Below are positions 1 through 13,139 of a DNA stretch of 64,000 nucleotides, piece by piece; the stretch's first letter is position 1; the number at the start of each line of letters is the position of its first letter. A program made the translations under genes and the position numbers. This stretch comes from Octopus sinensis (lineage: Eukaryota), in the NCBI RefSeq assembly GCF_006345805.1, contig NC_042998.1:154008001-154072000 (forward strand), in the 5' to 3' direction. The notes beneath the pieces were generated by a model, which did no database searches, was not told the DNA's origin, and saw only the letters and a list, made by a program, of their open reading frames with translations.

Positions 1-99
1 AATACAGCTAGGGTCATAACGAATGTCCTCCTAAGATTGGAGCGAGATGCGTGCTAATTTGTGGACGTGCATAAACTACATTCACATACACACACACAC

Positions 100-1080
100 A
101 CCCTGCCTTTTATATATACAGATCTACATCTGCCTTTGGGTGATGCATGCTGTGCACTGTGAGGAGCTTGCATATTTTTGTATCAATTTTACTGATCTCA
201 CTGAGAGACTATTTTATGATCTTAAAGCTGTAGATCACAAGTGGTATACATAAAGTATTGATTGCATCAATCCTGTTTTGCACATTAAGTTCGCTCTTTA
301 GGATAGCTCTAACTCTATGGTAACATTCTTTCCACATTCCTTTCACACATTTGTGAGTGCTGGATGCCATCTTCTTCACATATACCAAAATATTTGTAAT
401 TACAAAAATATTTGTAATCCCTCAGTGATGGTAGACTGGTCTTTCTGTATGTTGTTTGTTTTCTACAGTTTTCTCCTGAAGAATATATCTTTAGTACATT
501 TATCAAGGCCAAACTCTATTCTATTATCATCACTGAATTGTTTTACCACAGTTAAAATTTATTCCAGTTGTTGATCATGTTTCATGAAAAACTATAGATC
601 GTCTATGTAAAGGGGGTTGTTGCTTTGTCTATCATATACTCTGTACTCATGTTTTGCATCATTCAACAACTTACTTAGGGGAGCCATGCAAAAGAGTAGT
701 ATTGATAGAGAATTACCTTGAAAAATGCCACAGTTTATGTCAATGTCACCAGTGTTCATAGTAGTTAGTTAGTACATGTCTCTGAATTTGTTATAAGAGT
801 TGTTTTTTTCCATTGCTCCATACTGTTCAACAAAAAATTACCAATAACTGGAGAGATTTTATATGTTTTCAAGCATTTCTCAATCCAGCCATGAGGAAGG
901 CTGTCAAATGTTATTTTTTATAACCAAGACATGCAATTAGAAAGATTTTTGTATCATTTGTGAAGAACCATATTATTGATTAAAAGTTGGTCTTTACAAC
1001 CATACAAGCTATATTTACAACTTTTTTGTTTGTTAGAGAATGTCTTGTTATCCACCAGGAAGGTACTTAAATGGATTTTT
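100..1080 (-). mobile_element. Decayed R4/Dong-type (RLE) non-LTR retrotransposon, RT region
   Basis: Minus-strand frames give FGLDKC and YKYFGICEEDGIQHSQM-like motifs of R4/Dong RT; many stops and frameshifts. Confidence 0.75.
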
Positions 1081-1082
1081 TT

Positions 1083-1443
1083 TTTGTTTCAGTCATTAGA
1101 CTGTAACCATGCTGGGACACTGCCTTGAAGAATTTTACTTATCAATTTTTTGTAAAGCCTGGTATTTACTCTGTTGGTCTCTTTTGCTGAACTGCTAAGT
1201 CATGGGTGTGTAAACATACCAACATCGGTTGTTAAGTGGTGGTGGGGGGACAAACTTGCATGCAAAAACACACACACATGTTTACAATGAGCTTATCTCA
1301 GTTTCTGTCTGCCAAATCCATTCAAGGCTTTGATCAGCCCAAGGCTATAGTAGAGGACACTTGTCCAGATTGCCACACGGTGGGACTGAACCTGGTGCCC
1401 ATGTATATGAGAAGCAAACTTCTTGCCAAACAACTTGTGCCTA
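1083..1443 (-). mobile_element. tRNA-derived SINE, diverged copy
   Basis: Colinear with the SINE at 24016-24435 (head, central domain, GACTGAAACAA tail); interrupts the R4 element. Confidence 0.8.
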
Positions 1444-1749
1444 TGTTAGTATTTAATACATGGTTGTAAGACATGTAACTGGTTGGTAGTTTTTTTTGGG
1501 GGGGGGGGAGTTACTAGTTTTGTCACTTTGAGAATGTAAGTTACTCCATATGAATAGGAGTAACCAAAGGATTCGCAGGAATAAAATTTTCTGCATCCCC
1601 CAACATCTTTCGAAATAATAAACTTAATTCAACCAATGCAAATAGTATTACAAAAACCCTAATATATCCTTATAACTATGATAATGATGAAAAGGAATTT
1701 TATCGAAATCTCTAAACCTCCTTCATGGGGTCATGCATAATGCTATTGT

Positions 1750-2540
1750 AGAGGTGGGTCAGTCACCCATGAGAAAGCATTCAACCAGAAGGTAAGGATC
1801 TTATCTTTCCCAACTGATTTCTGTTTACTGGATTTTCTCAGTGCAGTCTTGAGCTCTTCAACAGATATATCTTCCCATATTTGCTGTTTAATGTGTTCAA
1901 AGCCTCTGACTTGTTGATGAATTCAGGGAGTTTCATGATTGTATTCTTTAGGGTATGACCAGATCAATGTCCAAAAGTTTTGCACTTCCCCCTCAGTAGA
2001 TGTGGTTTTGATAGTTATATTAGGTTTTCAAATTTTCCTATAAAAACTTTTAGGATTGTTTCACTTTATTATCTTTGAAAAAAGTTCGATCTTTCTTTTA
2101 GCCTTCTCATTTCTGCTGCTTTGGCTTAAATACTTGATATTTTTCAATTTCTTCATCACTTTTGCTTATTCTTTTTATGTCATATTTTCTTTTCAGTTTC
2201 TTGCTTTTGCTATCTTAACATTTTCTTTCCACTTTTGATGTTCATAAATTTTTCAATATCAGTTCTGAATTTTATTTTTAATTCTTTCTTGCAATGCTGG
2301 TTTCCTGTTTATATGTTGAGTCTTTCATTTTACTTGAATACTTCATAGTGCAGTGGTTATTGAATCTGCAGCATAAAGTAGATTATTTAGCAAAGTGAGA
2401 TCTGCTTCATTTTCATTCAAGATGGATCTTATGACTTAATTTACTTTACTTATTAATTTATCATTTTGTTTTGAGTTGTGAATCTTAGGGAGGTCATTGC
2501 CATCCCCCAGTTCAGTGTGTTTAGCCTTCAGTCACTCTGA
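1750..2540 (-). mobile_element. R4/Dong-type LINE, pre-RT region (probably same element as 100-1080)
   Basis: Minus frames give NNPKxFY and FWTLIW-like motifs upstream of RT; heavily decayed. Confidence 0.55.
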
Positions 2541-2599
2541 CAATTTTATTAATATTATTATTATTTCATATATGCACAACAGATTACACTGTTGGAAAA

Positions 2600-3550
2600 G
2601 AAAATTTCCTTGCATCGGGCTACAAGTAAACTCAGATGCCAAGAACTCTCCTAAGTATCCTAACTGTCCCTAAATAACACTGTTTTCTGGAGCTGTACTA
2701 AACTAGGTTTTATACCTATTTTCTCTATCCATTCAAATCTTTAGGGACAGTTCCCAATGCATACCTAATGTATCTCTGCAGTTATTACAGGAATACATTT
2801 TATCTGCTCTTCCCATAGTCTCTGTAACTCAATGACTAGGTCCTGGTACAAGTATTTTCTTCTTATCTCTTATATTGCCTTTCTCATCATTTGGGACTGT
2901 AAAGTCAATTATCTGGTAGTTTCTATTCTCTTTGTCTACTACTACTACTACTACTACTAATTCTAGCTTCTATTACTCTGTCTTATATTTATTACTTGCT
3001 AGTACTTTAGTAGGTTCATGTTCATAAAATTTATCAACATGGTTGAATCTTAGCTTTCTGCATAACCCCCAGTGGATTAGTCTTCCTAGGTTGTCATGTC
3101 TTTCCTTGTATTTTTTCTGTGCAATCATGCTACATTCACTGTCCTCTTTTGATTTACATAACCTACATTGGGAATCTACTTGGTTTTTGTCTATCTTAGC
3201 TTTTCTCCAATTATCTCAATGCTTGATCTTGTGCTGCTACTACAAACGTTCTGTCTCTCTTTTCAGCCTCCCTTTCAGCAACCATAACCATGTCTCACTA
3301 CTACTATTTCCTGCAATTACCTTTGGGAATCTACCATGCAGAGCCTTCTCTTGCCAGTCAGATAATCTTTCTTCTTTTTCTGGATTTTAGCTTCATTTGG
3401 CTTTTTGGTTTCTCTATATCCTACTTTGACTCTAGCAGCTCTTGATAAACTTTCTTCACTGTTACCTACAAAGGAAGCTATATCTACTCTAGCTAATTCC
3501 GTGCAGTCTTCTACTGATATTAAACCTCTTCCACGTTCCTTTTTAGGCAA
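2600..3550 (-). mobile_element. Two R4/Dong-type fragments separated by (CTA)n
   Basis: ORF 3317-3550 has KERGRGLISVEDC; 2690-2935 has IIDFTVPNDE-like RLE motif. Confidence 0.65.
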
Positions 3551-3577
3551 TTGTTATTATTATTATTATTATTATTG

Positions 3578-4108
3578 AGTGAGAGAGTAGCATGTGCCAT
3601 CAAACTACACTGGAATACAAATATACGAAGCCCAATATACCCATCATGGTTACCCATCTGATAAGGGTACACTAGGTGCATGCATCACAACCATATGTGT
3701 GTGACATGGTGACCTCATATCAAAATAAACAGTGCATGACCTTGAAGGTGGGGGACAGTTAGAATTTTTTTCCGATTGTGTAGCCCATCCTGCTTAAAAG
3801 TTTCCTGAATAAATGTTGTTTAAGGAGTGAAAGGAATGAATGAAACACCTATATCTCCAAGGGTGAATAATGAAAACCCCAAAGAATCCTTCTCAACACA
3901 TGGCTGTGATGCTCCCTCACTACTCTTGCTTGTGGTTATGGATGCACATATTAACCACTAAGTGACATGCTCAACTGGTTAAAGTCAAGCAACTGACAAG
4001 CAAATTTATGGTACTGAGCAGAATATTTGCTGCAGCCCATCTTTTACACCAAAACAAAACACATGCTTATTAGTTAGTCTTATCAGTTATGATCAGAAGC
4101 CATGAGAG
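3578..4108 (-). repeat. ~530 bp interspersed repeat with (TAA)n tail, copy 1
   Basis: Same sequence recurs at 10235-10680 and 11876-12405; (ATT)n abuts at about 3553-3577. Confidence 0.8.
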
Positions 4109-4109
4109 C

Positions 4110-5000
4110 GTGTTTTGTTGTTATTTTTACTGTATTGAAAGTACTTTGTGTAAAATGTATGCAGTGCCTAACAGTGCTATTTTCTGTATGTTATATATAT
4201 TTGTTAGTCCTGGTGTTTTGGTTATGTATTTGGCTGTATGTTTTTTGACCATACCTAAAGCACCTATTATTATAGGGATTGTTTCTGTTTTCAGGTTCCA
4301 CATTTGGTTTATCACTGTTTCCAGAACTTTGTATTTTGAAAGTTTCTCCATTGTCATCTGTTGGGATTGAGATGTTGATTAGAGGGCATTTTTTTTTTCT
4401 TAGCAGTCTTTGACAATAATATTTTTTCAATTAACTTTGATCTCCCTATTTTTGTGTGTATTGGCATATACCAGATTATAGCTACTTTATCATTTTCTGA
4501 GACCTTTTCTTGGGTCTGTCTATACATCTTTTTGCAGTTGGCATTCTATAGTGCTAATACAATTTCCAGTGTATGAAAGCTTCTGCTGTCGTATCTGTGA
4601 ATACATTTCTCCTCAGCCAAGATTGAATATCCAGAGATAATATGATTTATGGTTTCTTCTATATCACTGCATATTCTGCAGTTACTTATTGTATTCAGCT
4701 TCATTATATGTTTCTGGTGGTTTCTAGTGGGGAGGCTTTGATCTTGTGCCACAGCTAAGGACCCTTCTGCCTCAGCTTTGAGTCTTGTGCTTCTCATTCT
4801 ATGTTGCTTTGTTTATTTTTCTTTTGTTCAATTTGTTCCAGTATTTGCCATGTAAGAGCTTTTCTTGCCCTTGGCTCCTCTGATTAAGAAGAAATGCTGA
4901 CAATATTCCTTTGAATATCTTTCTTACGTCTTTATTCCATTGCCACAGAACAAAGTGAAACCAATGTGTCTCATGTATGAATGTACTGTCAAAAAATAGC
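4110..5000 (-). mobile_element. R4/Dong-type LINE 3' part (CCHC knuckle + RLE endonuclease)
   Basis: ORFs 4546-4797 (CRICSDIEETINHIISG...RYD) and 4127-4357 (EKLSKYKVL...IPIIIGALG). Confidence 0.85.
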
Positions 5001-5199
5001 ATGAAGCTAGCTAAGCTTAAAATTTGTCATGTATTGAACTTCTAAGGAATATATAACAAATACTGTACATTTGTTTAAATAATTTAAAACTGCCAGTCAC
5101 ATAGCATGCATGAGTTTTATGAGTTTTCTATATGTTGCAATTAATTGATTCCATCTCTACAGGATTATAGTTGATATTGTTACCCCTTTTCATACATTC

Positions 5200-5530
5200 T
5201 TCTTTTGGTTATGCTTCCGCTACAGCGAGATAGAAATTCACAGCTTACAAGTATTTGATCCTTGTTCTTTTACTTGTGCTAAGCAGATTACAAAACTTGA
5301 CAATAGCGTTGCTGATAGGATTGCAGTTCCTCAGTGATTTTTGGCTGATTTAATGCCATGATTCTGTGAGTGAGTTCATTTGCAGGTTTAATTCCTTCTG
5401 CCAATATCACACAGCCTACAAATGTAATGCTTGTAGTCTTTTGAACACGTTTTTCTTTGTTGACATTGACTTGTTTCTCACGTGATCTTCCAAGGATGGC
5501 ATTTAAATGTTTATTCAGGCTCCCTTCCAT
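5200..5530 (-). mobile_element. Gypsy-type pol fragment (RT C-terminus/connection)
   Basis: ORF 5288-5530 HLNAILGR...VNKEK...ITFVGCVI..EGIKP...ELQSY matches the Gypsy HL..IF.RL...VN..KC.F....FLG.I...GI.P...ELQSF pattern. Confidence 0.6.
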
Positions 5531-5534
5531 CTTA

Positions 5535-6316
5535 GCAGATACTGGGATTTTATTGCATATTTAAAAAACAATTAAGTGGAGGTTTGCATGATGTTCTTAA
5601 TGTAATAAAAGTTGTTAACTATATTGAATCAAATTCTTTACAAGACTGCATCTTTCATGAATTCTGTAATCAAAATGAAGAAGAGTTTGATTGCTTTGTA
5701 ATTCACACAGGGATGAAATGGTTATCAAAAGATAATTGTCTGCATTGTTTTGTTGCACTTTGAGACACTATTGTCTCCTTTCTGGCTAATGACAATCTCA
5801 TATCCAAAGGTGTTATTACTGCTTTTCTAGGGAAAGTATAGCTCTACAAAAGGAATATTGTATGTTGTGCATTATTGTAATCTACATGATGATGACCTTG
5901 TATTGTATACTGAATATTTGAATAACTCGCATGATGATACACAAGCTTGGTTTAGCAACCTACTGAAGTTAAATATACTGTATTGGGTGACACTTCTTGA
6001 AGTTAATATTGTTGATGTTTGCAGGAAAATCTCATTGAATTGCAGAGTGATGAAATATTTCAGGCAAGATTTAAAAATGGGAAACATAATGCATGAAAAA
6101 CTAATGACACTGCTACAAAGCACAGTTGTATGTTAGTGCTTTTCCTTCAACTTACCTTGTTGAAGCTGATTTCAGCCATGTCACTAAACTTACTTTCAAA
6201 AGCTTGTAATCAACTTGACATTGTAGAAAGAGGTGATCTTCAATTATCATTGTCAACATTGGAGCTGAATATTGATAAACTAGTAGAGCAGCATCAACAG
6301 CAAAGCTTGCATTAAA
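5535..6316 (+). pseudogene. Decayed hAT (Buster/Charlie, ZBED8/SCAND3-like) transposase C-terminal half
   Basis: VIKVVNYI..., HTGMKWLSKDNCL (cf. HTEVRWLSKG), and C-terminus SKACNQLDIVERGDLQLSLSTLELNIDKLVEQHQQQSLH*; stops and frameshifts. Confidence 0.8.
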
Positions 6317-6529
6317 TAAAGTAGCACCATAGTGCTATCTTCTTTTAATAAATATGTCCTTGCATTGATATATTTATGACTCATTTTACTAGTGAACATT
6401 CATTTTCCAGAGAATTTAGTTAGTTGTTGAAGTTTATGTACAATAAATTGGTTATATGCCTACAATACGCAAAATATTTTAGTAATAATAATATTTAATT
6501 ATAAAAATACAATAGGACTTTGTGGCTGT

Positions 6530-6732
6530 TGCCAGTACTGCCTGACTGGCCCTCATTCCAGTGGCTCATAAAAGCACCCACTACACTCTCAGAGTGGTTA
6601 GCGTTAGGAAGGGCATCTCTGCCAGATCAGATTGAAGCCTGGTGCTGCCATCTGGCTTGCTAGCCTCCAGTCAAACCGTCCAACCCATGCCAGCATGGAA
6701 AGAGGATGTTAAACGATGATGATGATGATGAA
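6530..6732 (+). mobile_element. 5'-truncated 3' tail of the RTE family at 19515-21165
   Basis: AAAAGCACCCACTACACTC...GTTAGGAAGGGCATC...CCAACCCATGCCAGCATGGAAA...(GAT)n matches 21000-21165. Confidence 0.85.
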
Positions 6733-7234
6733 TGATTGTTGTGGGGGGCGGGCACCTAAGTAAAATGGGAATCAAAAGGGTCCATAAATACAAATTGGTA
6801 CTTATATTGTTGTTAGGTTTTCTGGGAGCATTATTTGTGCTTTCATATTGTATTCTTTCTTTTTAATGTTCTACTTCAATTTCTTATACTTTTTCATTTT
6901 CAGATTGTTAGTTTGTTGGGGTTCAGCAATATATCTAAATCTGGGTTATTTTTCTTCCAAACTTTATATTCTTTTACTCTTTTACACATTTCAGTCATTT
7001 AACTGCAGCCATGCTTGTATTTTTGTTCTGTGAGTAGAGTACTGCTGTAAAGTAAGCATAGAAACATTCTTCTCATGTCCACTTACAGCTTTTTGGTTTT
7101 ATTTGTGAAACATGAGGAACACCCAGCCCTTTATTTAGATTATCATTTTTACTCATCTCTGTTACTCAGTTATGGTGCAACATTTTGCCATTTTAGCTTT
7201 CTTGCATGTTAAATGTCCCTGGATTGTTGTTGTT

Positions 7235-9270
7235 GTTTTCTTTGCTTGGTTTCTAATGCAGGAGATGTATTATGATGTTAGCTGTTCACTACTAGTGAAC
7301 TGAGATGACACCCCTTATTTTTCATGTACCCTCCAGAGTATTCAAGTTATTTTAAGCATTGCTGTTTTCTACTTGTGCTCTATCTTTATTGCAATCTGTA
7401 TTTGTTCAATGTACTCCTCAAGCTCTTTACTTACTGTTCCTAAGCTCTGACAATTATTGGTATTATTATCACCTTCTTCAGTAACGACAAGCTAACCTGT
7501 CACATCTTTCAAATTTCTTCTTTATCACATACCTTGTAACCAGCTGGTCATGCTATCTATGATCCAGCACTGTTTGCTTTCTTTCTCAATTATTGTTATA
7601 TTTGGTTTTCTATTCTATCCCATGGTCACACTGAATCACAGTCACACAGGATCTTTGCATTATGATTTTCGATAATGCCTCTGGGTTTTATGTTTATACC
7701 ACTCTGTCATGTCCATAGTTGTTGCAAAGTGCCCAATGGACTATTTTTGCTATGTTGTCATGCACTTGTCACTTTTTACTGTGTTGTCCATTCTGTGTTT
7801 GATGTAATTAGCTCTTAATGTTTGCTCTTGAGCAACACAGATTGAGGCCTACATTTCTGGTTTTAAGTCACTTTTAGTCATCCATAACCATCTTTTTTCT
7901 TTGTCTGTCCTGTCTTCAATATCTCTATGGAATTGTGCTTGCATTCTTATCTCTGTCCACCTGTTTTCAGTTTCATCCATTTTCAAATGCTTGTACTGTT
8001 TTATCTTTGTAATCTTCAATTTTGCACAAACCTGACCTTCTTACTTCCAGCAATAGCAGTTCTGTGGCATGTTTTATGTACCATACCATATTATTTTCTT
8101 CTGCTCTAATGCTACATTTCCACACAATCAGACTTGGTACATAAAGTCTTTCTGTGTCACTCTTTGGATAAATTACCCCATATTTTAGCTCTTCTACTAT
8201 CCACATAATTGCCCTTGCTCCATATCTAAGGAGTGAGACCATCCTTGTGTTGATAGCCTCAATCTTAATCCATCCATTCAGTTTCGACTTGAAGTTATTT
8301 CAGTCTGTGAAAGTATTCCATCTTAATTTTTTCTGTCATTTTCTCACCCATTAATTTGTCCATTTCCAATATTACCAAGTACTTTTAACCTGTCTCTTCT
8401 ATTTGCTTCATATCCTTCTCTGACAGCATCACCAACCCATCCATGTGTTTAATTTTGCTTCAATTCAAGACTAACATACCACATTTTTTCAATCTAAACT
8501 CCATTCAGCACTAAACATATACACCCTGTCAATAAGAGAACTGATTTGTGGTCATCCATGAATGACAAGTGGTTAACTTTTGAATTCATACTCAGCCTTA
8601 GCTTTCTTCAAAATCATTGTCTGTGGTATCATACACAGTACAAAAATCAGTGGGAACAGACAGTCCATCCCCTTGAAATATACCACTTTTGATTTCTAAT
8701 CCCTGACCTCCTTCCAAAAGCTGTCAGAAGAAATTGCTTGACATTCTGTGCAGTACACTTACACTTTCCATGATCAAAGAATGTTGGCCCATATCATTGA
8801 CCTCATGGTAATCAATCCATGACAATAAAGTTGGTTTTCCTCCTCTTGTAATCTTTGAGTACTATTTTGTCTATTAGAAGTTGGTCCTTGGTACCTCTAC
8901 ACATATGCTATTTAACAAAGTGTTGAGCTGTTCCATCTATTCATGTATGACATTCACTAAATTTTTTGATCCAGTAGCCTTGAACTCCATCTGGTCCTGG
9001 AGGCTTCCAATTGCTCATCTTTATGGTGACTTCCTTTATATCCCTAATTGAAATGCTTAGTTCTACTTACTGTGGGTAAACTTTTGTTTCAGTTTTTCTA
9101 ACAATTCAGCATCCTTCTTGTATTTCTTGCCTTTACTTTAAATGTCACTTGAAAACTTTTGACTTTTATTGCTATCTAGTATCATCACTTCATCTGTACA
9201 ATCTCCATTTATTTCTTGATAAAATCTCTTCTGGTCTACTCTGAATAATATATTTTGCCAATATTTCTTG
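7235..9270 (-). mobile_element. Decayed R4/Dong-type LINE (pre-RT, RT, knuckle, RLE)
   Basis: Minus frames give WKPPGPDGVQGYWIKK, RGTKDQLLIDK and YPKSDTERLYV motifs; (CAA)n at the 3' end. Confidence 0.8.
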
Positions 9271-9276
9271 AAATAT

Positions 9277-9300
9277 TGCTGCTGCTACTGCTACTGCTGT

Positions 9301-9351
<51 letters not shown>

Positions 9352-9370
9352 ACTACTACTACTACTACTA

Positions 9371-9430
<60 letters not shown>

Positions 9431-9431
9431 G
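9277..9431. repeat. (CTA)n microsatellite
   Basis: Near-perfect CTA array between two R4 fragments. Confidence 0.95.
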
Positions 9432-9439
9432 TGCATGCC

Positions 9440-10070
9440 AATTTAGTTAGCAGGTATTTTATTTTGATGTTTGGTGACAAAAGGTCTCTTCAAATCTCAA
9501 GGAGCCTTTCTTAGAATTCTTGCAGAATATAGGATGAAACTTTTCTGCAGGTTGACAATACAAGTTTCAATTCCATCTCTTTCAGTATTTTTGGTAGCAT
9601 TTTGGGTTTTGTGCCAAGTGCATCTGTTACTACAGGAATCATTGTTGTTTTGGTCTTCCAGTCTCTTCAGCTCTCTGACTAGTTCCTGATACTTCTCAAT
9701 TTTTAAAAATTCCTTTAGTATCAATTCTGCAATCATAGGGAATAGCAAGAAAATTACAGTTTATTTTGTCTTCTATAATCATATCTGGTCTCCTTGTTTT
9801 CAATAGTATGGTCAGTTTTTATGGGAAAATTCCAGAAGATCTTGTAATTCTCAATTTCTATCACATCCTCTGGTTCATGTTCACACCACTTTTCTGTTGT
9901 TTTGAAATGACACTTGGCTAACATCTCACTGCACTCTTTTGCCAACATAGTCATGTCTGTGCTTAACTCCTTTTGTGTTAATATACTGCACTCACACAAA
10001 AGGTGATTGATACTTTCATCTCCTCTCCTGCAAATTCTGAGTTTTTTTGCTCTTTGACTTTATCAGATTT
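9440..10070 (-). mobile_element. R4/Dong-type LINE 3' fragment (RLE)
   Basis: ORFs 9754-9999 (HEPEDVIEIENYKIFWNFPIKTDH) and 9497-9748 (KIEKYQELVRELKRL). Confidence 0.85.
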
Positions 10071-10234
10071 ATTCTAAGGACTTGTTCCTGAGTAGCTACG
10101 ATTATTATTTGTTTTTATCTCTAGTTTTGTTGGAACTCCTGGAGTCATGCATGCATAGCAGGCTTGCTGCCTGTAGCCTATGGTACCATTCTATCTGTTC
10201 TTTTCAATTATCTAATACTTTCCTTATTCTGTAC

Positions 10235-10680
10235 AGGCACATGCATCACAACCATATGTGCTTGAAATTATGATAAACAGCACGTGACCTTGCGGGGCGG
10301 GGGGCAGTTAGAATTTTCTATAGGTTGAGTAGCCCACCTTGCTCAAAAGGTCCCTGAATAAGATTTATCTTAAGGATGATGAACAAAACACCCATGTTTC
10401 AGAGGTAAATAATTCGAACCCCAAAGAATTCCTCTCGACACATAGCTATGATGCTGCCCAACTACTTCTGCTCATTATCAAAGATGCACATATCATCAGC
10501 CACTAAAGGATATGCTCAACATATTAAGGTCAAACAACTGACAGGCAAATCTGTGGTATTGAACAGGATACTTGCTGTAGCCCATCTTTTATGCCAATAC
10601 AAAACATATACATGATATTACTTCCAATCAGTTAAGATCAGAAGCCATGAGAGCCACTGCCTGGTACTGCATCAGGGTAT
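10235..10680 (-). repeat. ~530 bp repeat, copy 2 (partial)
   Basis: Homologous to 3578-4108. Confidence 0.8.
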
Positions 10681-10689
10681 TTATTATCA

Positions 10690-11590
10690 TCATCATCATC
10701 ATTATTCAACATTTGGTAGTTTCAGGCAAATTTTTACTGCATCACCAGCTACACCTCCATGTTGTTGGGGTGTGTGCAGTATTGTGTGTTCATTATTGTT
10801 GTTGGGAGTGTGCAAACTTTTCCTGAAACTGTATTGCATCATTTTCTTTTTTATGGGGTGTGGTGCAGTGTTTTGGTGTATTAGTGTTTGTATTGTGCGT
10901 TGTATGTGCAATGCATTGGGTATCTAGCCTGCTGGTGGTAATTTATTTCATTGGATATTTGCTATATAGAGTGTGTCTTGTGCATGTGGATTGTATTGTT
11001 TAGGTTGTCTTATTGAATTGATAGTGTCTTTTATAGGATGTGGGCTATTCATAGCTGGGCTATTTTTTTGGATAGTGTGTAGTGTTGAGGATCCAGGTAT
11101 AGCTTCAACGTTTTGTGCCCAATGCTCCAATTATCACTGGTATTGTTTTCACCTTCATGCCCCTCATCTTGAATACTTAAATTTTGAGTCTTCATACTTT
11201 TGATAATTTGACCATTTCCTTTTGGACAATATTTTGGTTAGAAGGGACTGCAGTGTTTACCTGTAAGCAGGTGTTTTTTTTTCCCAATCCTTGATTATTA
11301 TGTCTGGAAAATTAGCTTTTCTTTCTTTGTCTGTTTGAACAGGTATATCTTGGATGATTGTCTTGTACCTTGTTTGGTGCATGTTTATACCATTTCTTGT
11401 CAGTGTTTTTGTTGTACTGTTGGCATATTGTCTAGTGGATATAACTACTTACTCACTCATGTCTATATATATAAATTCAGATTTGGCAAGGACTGGACAG
11501 CTAGAGAGGATGTGGTCAACTGTCTCATTGTGCTGGATGCACATTCTGCATTTGGTGTTAGGGCCTATTTTCATTATTTTGCTTTTATAG
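10690..11590 (-). mobile_element. R4/Dong-type LINE 3' fragment
   Basis: HPAQ*DS*PHPL knuckle region, PDIIIKDW-like RLE motif, NVEAIPGSSTLHTIQK C-terminus. Confidence 0.65.
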
Positions 11591-11617
11591 TTGTTCGTAA
11601 TTATTATTATTATCATT

Positions 11618-11833
11618 AAGGCAGCGAGCTGGCAGAATCATTAGCATGCTGGCCAAAATGCTTTGCGGTATTTCACCCATCACTACATTCTGAGATCAAA
11701 TTCCGCTGAGACTGACTTTGCCTTTCATCTTTTCAGGGTTGATAAATTAAGTACCAGTGAAACACTGGGGTTGATATAATTGACTAGTCCTCTGCCCCGC
11801 CAAATTTTAGGCCTTTTGTCTTTAGTAGAAAGG

Positions 11834-11875
<42 letters not shown>
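11618..11875 (+). mobile_element. tRNA-derived SINE with Meta-domain-like core and (ATT)n tail
   Basis: Head GGCAGCGAGCTGGCAGAATC...GAGATCAAATTCC; core TTTCATCTTTTCAGGGTTGATAAATTAAGTACCAG resembles the MetaSINE central domain; decayed relatives near 12670-12780, 14570-14640 and 63580-63760. Confidence 0.65.
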
Positions 11876-12405
11876 GAGTGAGAGAGCATCAAAGTGACAG
11901 TGGAGTACAAATATATGAAGCCTAATAAACCCATCATGACTGACTATCTGATAATGGTACACATGCATCACAACCATATGTATATGACATTGTAAATCAA
12001 TATCAAGCTAAACAGAGCATGACCTTGCAGGTGGGGCACAGTTAGAACTTTTTCCAGCTTGAGTAGCCCATGCCACTAAGAAGGTCCTTGAATAAGGGTT
12101 GTTTAAGGATGTTGAATGAAACACCTATGTTTCCAGAGGTGAATAATTCAAACCCCAAACAATTCCTCTCAACACATTGCTATGATGCTCCCCCACTATT
12201 TCTACTCATGATCAGAGATGCACATATTATCAGCCACCAAGGGACATGCTCAACTGGTTCAGTCAAGCAGCTGACAAGCAAATCTGTGGTATTGAACAGA
12301 ATATTGCTGTAGCCCACCAAAACAAAATATGTACATGATAACACTTCCAATCAGTTAAGATCAGAAGCCATGAGGGCCACTGCCTGATATTGCATCAGAA
12401 CAATT
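11876..12405 (-). repeat. ~530 bp repeat, copy 3 (complete)
   Basis: Homologous to 3578-4108; sits tail-to-tail with the SINE on a shared (ATT)n. Confidence 0.8.
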
Positions 12406-12924
12406 ATTGTTATTATCATTTTGGTGAATAGGTAAAATGTTCCTCAACAATGAAAAGCTTTCCTTCTCTATCCTACCCATATCTGCTAACAATCTAGTAA
12501 TCTCTGCTGAATCTGTACATCATAAAATTTCACATCTTGAGACTCCTTTGTAAAGTTATTTGGTAATGAATGGACTTCTGATTAAATGGAAAATATTCTT
12601 CATTGAAAATTAGGATAACAACCTCTTCATCTTAGTCAAGTAGCCTAAATATTGATTTCAAATGTTGGCACAAAATCAGCAATTGTGAAGGAGTGGGTAA
12701 GTCAACCCCAATGTTCAACTGATACTTATTTTATCAATCAGGAAAGGATGAAAGGTAAGGTCAACCACAGCAGATGTAGGCTAAATATTAACATATACCC
12801 CACATTCCTGACTGTCTCTATCATTTAGCTAAGAGATTCTTAACTAGAGGATTCTATTCCATACATTAATTTAATTCCCCACCTGGAAGTCAGTTTCAGA
12901 TCCAAGAACTAAAGTTTCTATGAA

Positions 12925-12926
<2 letters not shown>

Positions 12927-12972
<46 letters not shown>

Positions 12973-13010
12973 ATGTATGTATGTATGTATGTATGTATGT
13001 ATGTATGTAT
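12927..13010. repeat. (TG)n(TATG)n compound microsatellite
   Basis: Direct reading. Confidence 0.95.
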
Positions 13011-13139
13011 GTAGATAAATAGGTTTAATGTGGTTGTTACGGTAGTAGTTGAGACTTAAGTTGCTTACTGATCCCTCAATATGCATGTTCTTTTACAAAC
13101 CACATTGGGAAATGAAGGACAACACATCAGCAGCAGCAG

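Noticed and set aside
1037-1062. Mini-exon-like segment ECLVIHQE
   Set aside because: It is the reverse strand of R4 RT coding sequence
12340-12400. Faint 5S rRNA-like motif (GATCT..CTGAT..GGAAG) at the head of the 530 bp repeat
   Set aside because: Too short; flanking 5S sequence and internal control boxes not seen
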